From assembly GCA_963804165.1 (NCBI GenBank), contig CAWDPO010000046.1:128001-192000 (forward strand): a stretch of 64,000 nt of DNA, in the 5' to 3' direction. The notes below the pieces were generated by a model, which was given only the letters and a program-made list of their open reading frames with translations, was not told the origin of the DNA and made no database searches. Numbering within the stretch: the first letter of the stretch is position 1; each line of letters starts with the position of its first letter. A program made the translations under genes and the position numbers. Origin of the DNA: an uncultured delta proteobacterium (lineage in GTDB: Bacteria > Desulfobacterota > Binatia > UBA9968). Shown piece by piece: positions 48,013 to 57,499 of the stretch.

Positions 48013-50244
48013 ATGGAAGCAGCCAATCCCGCCAACTACGTCGAGCAAAGCCTCAAAATCGAGGAAAACAAACGCCGCAAGCGCGAGGGCATCGTGATCC
48101 TCGTCACCGCGCTGATGGTTGCGGCGCTGATTTTTTTCGAAGTGCAGCTGCCTGATGTTGCCCCGGAGTATTCGCTCGGCAGCAATATTGTTTTTTTCCT
48201 ACTGATCAATGTCAATATTATCCTGCTGGGTTTGCTCGTCTTTCTGGTCGTTCGCAACTTGGTCAAGCTGGTCGTCGAGCATAAGCGGCGCATGCTCGGT
48301 TCTCGCCTGCAGGCGCGCTTGGTTGTGGCCTTTGTCGCCATGGTACTGGTTCCCAGCGTATTAATGTTCGTGATCGCGGGAGGTTTGTTGCGGCGGTCGT
48401 TTGACCGTTGGTTTGATTCCAAAGTCGAAAGCGCGCTGCAAGGGTCGTTGGAAATCGGCCAAACCTACTACCAAAACTCCGCTAACAATGCGCTTTTTTA
48501 CGCGCGTCAACTCAGTCAGCGGATCACGGCGGAAGGGCTCGTCGACCAGCCACGCTTGGCCGAGCTGAAAAAGTTCGTCGAGACCAAGCAGCGCGAGTAT
48601 AATCTCGGCACGGTGGAGCTGTTTTCGCCCGACGGTCAGCCGTTCGTAGTGGCCTTCAATCAGCAGGTGCCGACCGGGGTCACGATCAAGCCGGAAAGCG
48701 AATTTCTAAATCGGGCTTTGCGCGGTCTCGAAGTGACGCGCACTCAAGCGTTCGGCGACGGTGATGTGATTCGCGGCGGAGTGCCGATTTACGCTCGCGA
48801 TAAGCGGATCATCGGCGTGGTGGTGGTCGACTATTATGTGCCCAAAAGCATTTCCAAGCGGGCGATCCAAATTTCTCAGTCCTATGAACAGTACAAGTAT
48901 CTGACGTTTCTCAAGGCGCCGGTCAAAAATAGTTATCTACTGACCATGCTGTTGATTACGTTGGTGATCATTTTCGCGGCGACGTGGTGCGGTATCTATT
49001 TGTCCAAAGGGATCACCGTGCCGATCCAAAAACTCGCTGAGGGCACGCATCAGGTGGCGCAGGGAAACTGGGATTATAAAATTGAGGCCGGGGGGGATGA
49101 TGAGATCGGCGTATTGGTCAATTCGTTCAATCAGATGACCGCTGATTTGAAACGGATTAAGCTCGAGCTCGAGCGGCGCGGCAACGTGGTGCAGACCCTG
49201 TTGGCGAACATCGCTGCCGGCGTCGTATCCGTCGACCCGTCCGGTAAGATCACCACTTGGAACAAGGCTGCCGAGCAGATTTTAGGAGTGGCGGTGGATC
49301 GCGCGTTGGGAAAACACTACCAAGAGGTGTTTCGCGCCGAGCCCTTGCGCGGGATTCGCGAGATCGTGGACAGCGTCAACGGAGGCGAGAGCGTCGAACG
49401 AGAGATCAAGCTGTCGTTGCACGAGCAGTTGCGCAACGTGGTGGTCAGCGCGGCGACGCTGCACGACGACGACGGTTCAATCCTAGGCATGATGCTCTTT
49501 CTCGAGGACATCACGCAAATTCAAAAAGTTCAAAGGATGGAGGCCTGGCGCGAGGTGGCGCGGCGTATCGCGCACGAAATCAAAAATCCGCTCACGCCGA
49601 TCCAGTTATCCGCGGAGCGGCTGCGCAAGCGCTATGCGAAGATCTTGGCGGAGGACGGCGAGATTTTCGACAAGTGCACCACGACGATCATCCAGCAGGT
49701 GGACGATCTTAAAAAACTCGTGAATGAATTTTCCCAGTTTGCCCGCCTGCCGTCCGCTCAGCTTATGTCGCACGATCTCAACGAAATCGTCGGTGAAGCT
49801 TTGGTGCTCTTCAAGGAAGGGCATTCCGGTATTCAATTTCAATTTCGCCCCGGCGCGATCCCTCCGGTGGAGCTTGATCGGGACCAGATGAAACGAGTGC
49901 TGATGAACCTCTTGGACAACGCGGTCGCCGCCGTACAAAGCAGCGGAGAAATCAAGCTGGCGACGAACCACGAAAGCGCGCGCGGCAAGGTGACTCTGGA
50001 AGTCGCGGACAACGGCTGCGGACTAGCGCCTGAGATTAGAGCTAAGATTTTCGAGCCCTATTTTTCCACTAAGGAAAACGGCACGGGCCTGGGTCTAACC
50101 ATCGTAAGCCAGATTGTTGAAGATCATCGTGGCTATATTCGCGCATGGCCCAACGATCCCCAGGGGACGCGTATTATCATCGAATTGCCGGCGGGGCAGG
50201 ATACGGTTATTCCGGTTACGGTGAAAAATGCGCTACACTCTTAA
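48013..50244 (+). CDS. ntrY: NtrY-type membrane sensor histidine kinase (TMs, periplasmic domain, HAMP, PAS, HisKA, HATPase)
   Basis: H-box EAWREVARRIAHEIKNPLTPIQLSAERL; HAMP DDEIGVLVNSFNQMT; FEPYFSTK..GTGLGL. Confidence 0.9.
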   Translation: MEAANPANYVEQSLKIEENKRRKREGIVILVTALMVAALIFFEVQLPDVAPEYSLGSNIVFFLLINVNIILLGLLVFLVVRNLVKLVVEHKRRMLGSRLQARLVVAFVAMVLVPSVLMFVIAGGLLRRSFDRWFDSKVESALQGSLEIGQTYYQNSANNALFYARQLSQRITAEGLVDQPRLAELKKFVETKQREYNLGTVELFSPDGQPFVVAFNQQVPTGVTIKPESEFLNRALRGLEVTRTQAFGDGDVIRGGVPIYARDKRIIGVVVVDYYVPKSISKRAIQISQSYEQYKYLTFLKAPVKNSYLLTMLLITLVIIFAATWCGIYLSKGITVPIQKLAEGTHQVAQGNWDYKIEAGGDDEIGVLVNSFNQMTADLKRIKLELERRGNVVQTLLANIAAGVVSVDPSGKITTWNKAAEQILGVAVDRALGKHYQEVFRAEPLRGIREIVDSVNGGESVEREIKLSLHEQLRNVVVSAATLHDDDGSILGMMLFLEDITQIQKVQRMEAWREVARRIAHEIKNPLTPIQLSAERLRKRYAKILAEDGEIFDKCTTTIIQQVDDLKKLVNEFSQFARLPSAQLMSHDLNEIVGEALVLFKEGHSGIQFQFRPGAIPPVELDRDQMKRVLMNLLDNAVAAVQSSGEIKLATNHESARGKVTLEVADNGCGLAPEIRAKIFEPYFSTKENGTGLGLTIVSQIVEDHRGYIRAWPNDPQGTRIIIELPAGQDTVIPVTVKNALHS

Positions 50245-50263
50245 GAGAAAATCAGGAGGATCT

Positions 50264-51565
50264 GTGGAAGAACCGGCGGCGCCAAAGACGATTTTAGTTG
50301 TGGATGATGAGGACGGAGTGCGCGAGTCTGTGCGCGAAGTCCTAAGCGACGAAGGTTATCGGGTCGTGGACACCGCCGATTGCACCCAGGTGCTGCGGAT
50401 CATTAAGGAACAGAAACCCGAGCTGGTTTTGCTCGACATCTGGATGCCGCAGATGGACGGGATCGGTTTACTCAAAGAGATCAAGACCCAGGAACCGGAC
50501 ATTAACGTCGTCATGGTTTCCGGCCACGGCAATATCCACACGGCGGTTACCGCGACCAAGTTTGGTGCCTTTGATTTTATCGAGAAGCCAGTGTCCCTGG
50601 ACGGGCTTTTGTCAACTGTGCAGCGTGCTTTGGGGGAAATGCCCGGAGCAAGCGAGCCTAAGCACGCCGACAGTCGGGCGAGAAGATTGCGCAGTGCGAG
50701 GGGCATGTCCACATCGAGAAACGTACCCCTGAACCAGAGCATTAAGCAGCGGACTTTGAAGAAGAGCGTGGTGCTTTCCGGACAGGGTCTACACTCCGGC
50801 GTGAAAACCGGACTCATTTTGCATCCATTGCCGCCGCATAACGGAATCCTTTTCACCGGCATCTCAGGTGATGTTACCGTACCCGCCCACCTGGACTATG
50901 TGGGCTCGACGGGTTACGCGACTTCGCTGCGCTCTAAAGATTACGCGGTCGGCACCGTCGAGCATTTGCTCGCGGTGTTACATAGCTACAGCATCACCAA
51001 CCTTCTGGTCAAGGTGCAGGGCGAAATCCCGATCTTGGATGGTTCTGCGGTGGAGTTTTGTCAGGCCATCGAAGAGGCCGGGATCCAGGAGGAAGACGAG
51101 GAATGTGCGGCGATCGTCATCGAACGGCTATACCGGGTAGGTGCCGAAGGCGGCGAATCGATCAGCATCGAGCCCGCGGAAGGGTTTTCCGTGCGCTACG
51201 TTTTGCGCTATCCGAAGCCGGTCGGCGAACAGGAACATACCTACGTGTTTCAGGGAGCCGAATATTTCAAAACCGAGATTGCCCCTGCGCGCACGTTCGG
51301 ATTTCTCAAGGACATCGCGCAGCTGCAGAACATGGGATTGGCGAACGGCGGCCGGCTCAGTAATTTCATACTGATCGACGATGAGAAAATCGTCAACACC
51401 GAATTGCGTTACCCCAATGAGTTCGCGCGCCACAAGATCCTCGATATTCTCGGCGATCTATATCTGCTCGGCAGACCGATTCGCGGCGCGGTGACGGCCG
51501 TGATGACCGGACACTCGGACAATATTGCTTTGCTGCGCCAGGTTCGCGAGGGCATGAAACTCTAG
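50264..51565 (+). CDS. lpxC: Fusion of an NtrX-like receiver domain and UDP-3-O-acyl-GlcNAc deacetylase LpxC
   Basis: One uninterrupted ORF: REC (VVDDE, LLDIWMP, VSGHG, FIEKP), a linker of about 36 aa, then LpxC (KQRTL...GLHSG, TVEHLL, PILDGSA, ARTFGF, HKILDILGDL, GH). AGGAGG RBS precedes GTG 50264. Confidence 0.92.
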   Translation: MEEPAAPKTILVVDDEDGVRESVREVLSDEGYRVVDTADCTQVLRIIKEQKPELVLLDIWMPQMDGIGLLKEIKTQEPDINVVMVSGHGNIHTAVTATKFGAFDFIEKPVSLDGLLSTVQRALGEMPGASEPKHADSRARRLRSARGMSTSRNVPLNQSIKQRTLKKSVVLSGQGLHSGVKTGLILHPLPPHNGILFTGISGDVTVPAHLDYVGSTGYATSLRSKDYAVGTVEHLLAVLHSYSITNLLVKVQGEIPILDGSAVEFCQAIEEAGIQEEDEECAAIVIERLYRVGAEGGESISIEPAEGFSVRYVLRYPKPVGEQEHTYVFQGAEYFKTEIAPARTFGFLKDIAQLQNMGLANGGRLSNFILIDDEKIVNTELRYPNEFARHKILDILGDLYLLGRPIRGAVTAVMTGHSDNIALLRQVREGMKL

Positions 51566-51615
51566 GGGAGAAAGAATCAGGTCGACTCAAAGTTGGCCCG
51601 GCAAGAAGATTTTTT

Positions 51616-52065
51616 ATGGATTCCCAAGGCAATTTTCCGCGACTTTTTACTATTGACGAAGCTAACGGTTTGCTGCCTACACTGCGACCGCTGGTGGAGC
51701 AGATTCTGGAGAACATCCGGCGCCTGAAGGGCGCCAGTGAAACCGTGATTCGCCGAGAAGCGCTCGACCCCGAGGCGCCCAATCTCATGAATCGGCTGCG
51801 CGACGACGCCGAGGTTGCGCGGTTGGTTGGGCAGGTAAAGGGTTGGGTCGACGAAATCAATAGTTATGGCTGCGTGTGTAAGGGGGTGGAGCAGGGGTTG
51901 ATCGATTTTCCCTGCCTGTTCGGCGCGGAAGTCGTTTTTCTTTGCTGGCAGATTGGTGAGTCGAACGTAGGTTTCTGGCATCGCATCGAAGACGGTTTTG
52001 CGGGCCGCAAACCCTTACTCGACGGTGAAACCGCCGATCCCGAAACCAAAGTCTCCTATCACTGA
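51616..52065 (+). CDS. DUF2203 family protein
   Basis: FTIDEANGLLP...GLIDFP...FLCWQIGE...WH...GFAGRKPL. Confidence 0.85.
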   Translation: MDSQGNFPRLFTIDEANGLLPTLRPLVEQILENIRRLKGASETVIRREALDPEAPNLMNRLRDDAEVARLVGQVKGWVDEINSYGCVCKGVEQGLIDFPCLFGAEVVFLCWQIGESNVGFWHRIEDGFAGRKPLLDGETADPETKVSYH

Positions 52066-52143
52066 CCGGCCATGGCGAAAAGTTAACCAAGTTTCACCGC
52101 CCTTCAAGCGATAGCCTCGCCGTTAGGCGTATCCGGGTTTGCC

Positions 52144-53316
52144 ATGAAGCATCCGCTACAGCGTGCCGAAGCTCCCTTATCGCTTCAGGTCAAGGAAAAA
52201 GCTCAAACTTTGGGTTTCGAGCTCGTCGGAATCTCAGCGGTGAGGCCGCCGCCCCACGAACAATCATTCGCGCAATGGCTGCGTCAGGGCTTGGCCGGCA
52301 AGCTGGCCTACATGGAACGCACGGAGTGGCTGCGGCGCGATCCACACCAGCTGGTGCCGTGGGCGGTCTCTGTGATCTCCGTGGGGATGAACTATCACAC
52401 CGGATACTCGCGTCCGGCTTCAACGCGTACCCGTGGATGGATCTCGCGCTACGCTTGGGGGGACGACTATCACGACGTGATGTCGAGCAGGTTGGAGGCG
52501 CTGCTCGCGAGTGTCAAGGAGCTCCACGACGGTCACGTCCAGGGGAAAGCCTTTGTCGATTCGGGTCCCGTGATGGAACGAGACTTCGCCGGCATCGCCG
52601 GGCTCGGTTGGATCGGCAAAAATACTCACCTCATTTCGCCCCGCAAGGGCTCGTGGTTTTTTCTGGGAGAATTGTTTCTCGATTTGCCGCTCGCTTACGA
52701 TCGGCCGATTCGCGATCGCTGCGGTGCCTGCGAATTGTGCCTTCATGCTTGCCCCACGGGCGCCTTTGTCGGTCCCTACGTGCTCGACGCGCGGCGCTGT
52801 ATCTCCTATCTGACCATCGAGCTGAAAGATTGGATGCCCCGATCGTTACGTCCGCTCGTTGGCAATCATATTTTCGGCTGCGACATCTGCCAGGAGATTT
52901 GTCCCTATAACATCAAGGCGGGCGCGACCGAGGAGCCTGCGTATCAGCCAAGAGCCGGACTGCATGCGCCGGAACTGATCCCGCTGCTGTCCCTGACTGA
53001 AGATGAGTTTCGCCAACGCTTCCGCGGCAGTCCGATTCTGCGCGCCAAACGGCGTGGGTTTTTGCGCAACGTTGCGGTCGCTCTCGGAAATCTTAAGAGT
53101 GTCGAAGCCGTGCCGGCATTGATGCGCGCCATCGAGGATGAGGAGTCTTTGGTGCGCGGTCACGCCGCATGGGCGCTGGGCCAAATCGGCTCTCGGATCG
53201 CAATCGATGCTCTACAGCTTCGCATGCAAACTGAGTTGGACGCCGACGTTCGGAGCGAAATAAAAGACGCACTCAAGACCCTTGGGGCGGAAGACGATCT
53301 CGCCACGCGCGTCTAA
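52144..53316 (+). CDS. queG: Epoxyqueuosine reductase QueG with C-terminal HEAT repeats
   Basis: SRYAWGDDYH, GWIGKN, CGACELCLHACPT, CISYLTIE and GCDICQEICP. Confidence 0.95.
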   Translation: MKHPLQRAEAPLSLQVKEKAQTLGFELVGISAVRPPPHEQSFAQWLRQGLAGKLAYMERTEWLRRDPHQLVPWAVSVISVGMNYHTGYSRPASTRTRGWISRYAWGDDYHDVMSSRLEALLASVKELHDGHVQGKAFVDSGPVMERDFAGIAGLGWIGKNTHLISPRKGSWFFLGELFLDLPLAYDRPIRDRCGACELCLHACPTGAFVGPYVLDARRCISYLTIELKDWMPRSLRPLVGNHIFGCDICQEICPYNIKAGATEEPAYQPRAGLHAPELIPLLSLTEDEFRQRFRGSPILRAKRRGFLRNVAVALGNLKSVEAVPALMRAIEDEESLVRGHAAWALGQIGSRIAIDALQLRMQTELDADVRSEIKDALKTLGAEDDLATRV

Positions 53317-53738
53317 CGGGGAGCGGCCTTTAGTGCGTCTTCGAAAATTTTCGGGATTCGAGTGACATGACCCGCGTGATCGATACATGCGTGCTTCGTC
53401 GAGCCGGTTGCGAGCAAACATGTGTCCGGTTCGCGTGAGATTCGATAGTTGAAAGAAAGCGAGGCTCGGCCCATCGCCGCCAGTTCGGTCTCGATCTGAA
53501 TGACTTCGTCGAAACGGGCCGACTGGCTATAGTGACAGTTCACATCCGCCACTGGAAAGTGGAAGCCCGCCCGTTCGATGGTGGAGTAGGGGAGGCCGAT
53601 TTGTCGCAGAAACTCCGATCGGCCGCGTTCGAACCAACGCAGATAATTGGCGTAGTAAACCACTCCCATCTGGTCGGTATCGCCGTAAATTACCCGGTAT
53701 GAAGTGACGTTGGTAATCTTCGCGGGTGATTTTTTCAT
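53313..53738 (-). CDS. YbgC/FadM-like hotdog acyl-CoA thioesterase
   Basis: YGDTDQMGVVYYANYLRWFERGR. Confidence 0.9.
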   Translation of the reverse strand: MKKSPAKITNVTSYRVIYGDTDQMGVVYYANYLRWFERGRSEFLRQIGLPYSTIERAGFHFPVADVNCHYSQSARFDEVIQIETELAAMGRASLSFNYRISREPDTCLLATGSTKHACIDHAGHVTRIPKIFEDALKAAPR

Positions 53739-54298
53739 TAAACATTTTTAGTCCGTTTCCGTCCCGATCTCAACGCAAAGCGCAAGTTCCAGAACTGCGC
53801 GCTTTTTAACTCGCAGAATTAATTCACTGTCACAGGCGTACTCGACGAATGGGATTTACCGTCTCCCAAGTGCGAGCGTTGGAAAGCCGCGAGGTCGTCG
53901 TCGGGGTATCCGAATTTTCAATCACGAGACCGCGGAGAAGCGACAGAAACTCTAGCCCAGCGCCAAGAACGCATTTCTTTGGAGTCGACGATGTAGCTTT
54001 GGTCCACTACCTCGGGTCCTTCGAGCGGGATAGGAAGCGGACTTTAGCGATGACCCTACCCCTAGGCTTTGGTCGGTATCGCAGCGAAAAATGCGGCATG
54101 AACCGATGTGGGTGAATTTGACGGGCGCCCATTTTTTTAAGACATGTCCAGTTGTTCGTGATGACTCTGCCGCAGGCGTCGCGCAGGCGGCTGCTTGCCT
54201 TGACAAGCTAAACTGAAGTGTGGTTTAAGCTGAGAAAAATATTTTTGTCAGAACGACTTAACGTCGGTGAACGACGTGATTTTCGAGGAGGTTAGCGA

Positions 54299-54763
54299 AT
54301 GAAAATTCTATTTAGAAACGCGACTTGGCCGATCGGCATGACACTGGCGACGGTGCTAGCGATGGCGTGCAGCTCGGTGGATGAAAAGCCAGCACCGCCG
54401 CCGGCGGCAGCGGCGAAACCGGCGCCCGCGCCCGCTCCGGCTGCGCCACCGGCTTCTGCGCCGGCGAAATCAGAATCGGCAAAGGCGTCGAAGACCAAGG
54501 CCGTCGACGTGGAAGGCGTAATCAGCGCGGTGGGGCAAAGAACGATTACATTTCAAATGGAACGGAAAGGCAAAGTTCGGGAAGAAGTTGTCGGGGTAGA
54601 CGACAAGACCAAAATTGAAAAGGGCGGCGCGAATGTGAAGCTGGGGGACTTGCAGGAAGCTGACAAGGCGATGATCAATTACGAACCGGAAGCTTACACA
54701 CCGGCGCTCGCGATTAAAGTCGTAGGTAAGGGCGAGATAAAGAAAGTAGGGGGCGACGACTAG
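54299..54763 (+). CDS. Lipoprotein with Pro/Ala linker and a small beta-barrel (DUF5666-like) domain
   Basis: Lipobox LAMAC; PAPAPAP linker; VEGVISAV...VDDKTKI...LQEADK...ALAIKV; GAGGAGG RBS. Confidence 0.7.
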   Translation: MKILFRNATWPIGMTLATVLAMACSSVDEKPAPPPAAAAKPAPAPAPAAPPASAPAKSESAKASKTKAVDVEGVISAVGQRTITFQMERKGKVREEVVGVDDKTKIEKGGANVKLGDLQEADKAMINYEPEAYTPALAIKVVGKGEIKKVGGDD

Positions 54764-55662
54764 GATCGGTAGCGGTCGGCTCGATCGCCGCCGACAACCT
54801 CGAGATCGAACGACTGATCGTCCCTGAGAATCCTGAAAGCGATCCGTTCGCCCGGAAGCTTTTTCCACATTTCCTGGTAAAGCTCCTGACGCGAACGGAT
54901 CTCTTTTTTTTCGACGGCCAGAATAATGTCGCCCTGCTGCAGCCCGAACTTGGCAGCCGGTCCATTCGACACCAGCCCGCCAACCACGACATGACCCGCC
55001 ATGACTTGCGGATAAATGCCCAGCCACGGTCGCCGCGGGCGGCTGCGAACCTGTCCGTGTTGCTTCAACTCCTGCTCGTAGACGCGATAATAATCAATGG
55101 GAATCGCCATCGTGAATTTGCCGACTTCGGTTAAGTTGAGCGAGACGACGCCCACCAACTCGCCGCGAAAATTAGCCAGCGTCCCGCCGCCGAAGCCTGG
55201 ATTGGCGGCGGTTACCCGAATCGATTTGTCGATCATGTATTCCCACTGGCCGTCGTAACCTTCCAGCGACGTGACATAACCGCCACTGACGCGCCGCGCG
55301 GTTTCTCCGCTGCTGGCGATCATGACCACGGCTTGGCCGAGGGCAACCGAATCGGCGGGCGCAAGTTTGAGGCAAGGCAAATTTCTGCCGGAGATTTTCA
55401 CTAGCGATAGGCCGGTTTCTTGATCCTGGGCTGCTACTTGGGCCGGATACTGCTCGCCATCCGGCAATGTCGCAGTAATCGAGGTCGCGCCCACGGTCAC
55501 ATAATGAACCGTCAGAATGTAACCGTCAGGATCGACGATCGTACCGGAACCGACGCGTTCAGAACCGAGATTACGCGCGGATGGGTGGCTGTCCGGAATG
55601 CTGACGTGAAGATCCACTGTCGCCGGCAGGATCGAATGAATCAAACCGAGATGTCCGTTCAA
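54760..55662 (-). CDS. HtrA-like (S1C) trypsin plus PDZ protein with a non-canonical active site
   Basis: GSGTIVDPDGYILT; NPGFGGG in place of NPGNSGG; PDZ PWLG...GPAAKFGLQQGDII. Confidence 0.82.
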   Translation of the reverse strand: MNGHLGLIHSILPATVDLHVSIPDSHPSARNLGSERVGSGTIVDPDGYILTVHYVTVGATSITATLPDGEQYPAQVAAQDQETGLSLVKISGRNLPCLKLAPADSVALGQAVVMIASSGETARRVSGGYVTSLEGYDGQWEYMIDKSIRVTAANPGFGGGTLANFRGELVGVVSLNLTEVGKFTMAIPIDYYRVYEQELKQHGQVRSRPRRPWLGIYPQVMAGHVVVGGLVSNGPAAKFGLQQGDIILAVEKKEIRSRQELYQEMWKKLPGERIAFRILRDDQSFDLEVVGGDRADRYRS

Positions 55663-56663
55663 AGTCCAACTCCTTCGGCACCGTAGGAAACCGTTTGGAC
55701 TGGCGCGTTCGTTTGGTCGATTGAAAATATTCTACTCTGCCAAGTGCCTCGACCTTCGAGGCTCTTGAAGATCGCATTGTGGACGCCGATCTTGTCGATG
55801 GACCAATGCGGGGCGACGGTAATGGCGCGGTAAGTTTCCCCGGACAACCGATGCACGACAATATCCGGGCCCAACCGCTCAAGAAAATCGACAACCAATT
55901 CCACGTATTCGTCACGGCTGAATAGCGGGACTTGCCCCTGTTGGTAGAGCCTTTCGAGAGGTGTGTTCTTAATCACGTGCAGATTGTGCAATTTGACGCC
56001 GTCGATCCCGAGCTGGTTGAGTAAGCCCGACGTTGCTAAAATCTCATCCCGGCTTTCACCCGGGAAACCAAGGATAAGATGGGTGCAGATACGCAGCTGA
56101 CGTTTTTTGGCGCGTTTCACGGCATCGACAAAGTCACTCAAGCCATGGCCGCGATTTACCCACGCGAGTGTGCGATCATACATGGACTCGAGGCCGAGTT
56201 CGAGCCATAGGTACGTTTGTTTCGATAATTCGCCGAGGAGATCGAGCGTGTCCTCAGGCAGGCAATCCGGTCGCGTTGCGATAGACAGTCCGACGACACC
56301 GGGAAATTGAAGGGCCTCGCGATAAAGGTTTTCGAGCTTCGCTGAAGCATCGTAAGTGTTTGTGTAGCTCTGAAAATAGGCGATGAATTTTTCAGCCCTG
56401 TGGCGTTTTTGGATGGCCACGGCGCCTTGTTCGAGTTGCCGGGTAACTGACGTGCGCGGCCGATAGTCACCGGGAGTATGGCTTGCGTTGTTACAGTAGA
56501 TACAGCCGCCGACCGCTACCTTGCCGTCGCGGTTGGGACAGGTGAAATCCACGCGCAGGCCGATCTTGTAGACGCGCGCGTCGAAACGGTCACGCAACAC
56601 TCGGTTGAACGAGTTGTAGCGTTTACCGCGCCAGCGTCTTTCAAAGGACTCTGGAAAATTCAT
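55659..56663 (-). CDS. TIGR01212/YhcC family radical SAM protein
   Basis: FTCPNRDG...GGCIYC, YFQSYTNTY, ATRPDC and GVKLHNLH. Confidence 0.92.
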   Translation of the reverse strand: MNFPESFERRWRGKRYNSFNRVLRDRFDARVYKIGLRVDFTCPNRDGKVAVGGCIYCNNASHTPGDYRPRTSVTRQLEQGAVAIQKRHRAEKFIAYFQSYTNTYDASAKLENLYREALQFPGVVGLSIATRPDCLPEDTLDLLGELSKQTYLWLELGLESMYDRTLAWVNRGHGLSDFVDAVKRAKKRQLRICTHLILGFPGESRDEILATSGLLNQLGIDGVKLHNLHVIKNTPLERLYQQGQVPLFSRDEYVELVVDFLERLGPDIVVHRLSGETYRAITVAPHWSIDKIGVHNAIFKSLEGRGTWQSRIFSIDQTNAPVQTVSYGAEGVGL

Positions 56664-56841
56664 GAGCCAAACAGAAACAGGGTTAACAAAAAGCCCATGA
56701 ATACTCAAGGTGATTAAATAAGTTGATGAAAGAACAATGGAGCAAAATTTCGGTTATCTCAAGGCCTTGATGCCCATCATCGGTTGCGCCGGAAGTCGCG
56801 AATATTTCATGATCTTTTTGCAATGAGGGGAATGGGTTTGC

Positions 56842-56869
56842 TTGACAATGGAGGGGAATTGTCTATATT
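56842..56869 (+). promoter_or_regulatory. Probable sigma70 promoter of the yceD-rpmF-plsX-fab operon
   Basis: TTGACA-16 bp-TATATT, about 30 bp upstream of the yceD ATG. Confidence 0.5.
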
Positions 56870-56901
56870 CACTTAACACTGGACGGCCCGCACGACCGCT
56901 A

Positions 56902-57438
56902 ATGAAGATCTCTGTCGACGAGATTCCTCAATTCCCCAAAGAGATAAAATTCTCCGAAAGCATTGAGGAACTTAACGAGATCTACCGCCGGAGCAACAAC
57001 CGGGATTTTGGTTTTCCATCCACTCTGGACGTAGATCTGACCTATTACCGCTCGGGGCCGGAGATTTTTTTCAGCGGGCGATTCCAGGGATTGTTTCGGG
57101 GTTGTTGCGGGCGGTGCTTAGAGACTTACAATTTTACTTTGAATCGCCATTTTGATTTCGTCCTGACTCCCGATCCAGCCAAGGCTGCGCGCCGCGCTGA
57201 AGAATTGCGTAGAGACGAACTCGGTTTGAGTTATTATTCATCGGATGAAATCAATCTGGCGCCGTTGATTGCCGAACAAGTGATGCTGGCATTGCCGACA
57301 CGGCCGCTCTGCTTGGACAAGTGCCGCGGGCTGTGCGCCAGTTGCGGCGCGAATCTCAATAAGGACAATTGCGGCTGTTCCGCCGCCCAGGGCGATCCTC
57401 GAATGGCGATTTTCCGTACGCTCAAAGTCGGTCGCTAA
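56902..57438 (+). CDS. yceD: YceD/DUF177 family protein
   Basis: CGRCL and LALP.RPLC...CRGLC..CG.NLN...C.C...DPR; directly upstream of rpmF. Confidence 0.92.
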   Translation: MKISVDEIPQFPKEIKFSESIEELNEIYRRSNNRDFGFPSTLDVDLTYYRSGPEIFFSGRFQGLFRGCCGRCLETYNFTLNRHFDFVLTPDPAKAARRAEELRRDELGLSYYSSDEINLAPLIAEQVMLALPTRPLCLDKCRGLCASCGANLNKDNCGCSAAQGDPRMAIFRTLKVGR

Positions 57439-57499
57439 TTCACGCTTAAATCTTAAATACTGCCGCCCCGCGTACGCGGAGAAAGACGGGACTGAACCG

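Noticed and set aside
50636-50743. REC-LpxC fusion as a sequencing artefact
   Set aside because: The frame is continuous, there is no start codon at the usual LpxC N-terminus (KQRTL), there is no room for NtrX output domains, and neighbouring genes show no indels. It cannot be fully excluded without reads.
54385-54480. GC-rich CCGGC repeats as a DNA repeat element
   Set aside because: Explained by the Pro/Ala linker codons of the lipoprotein.
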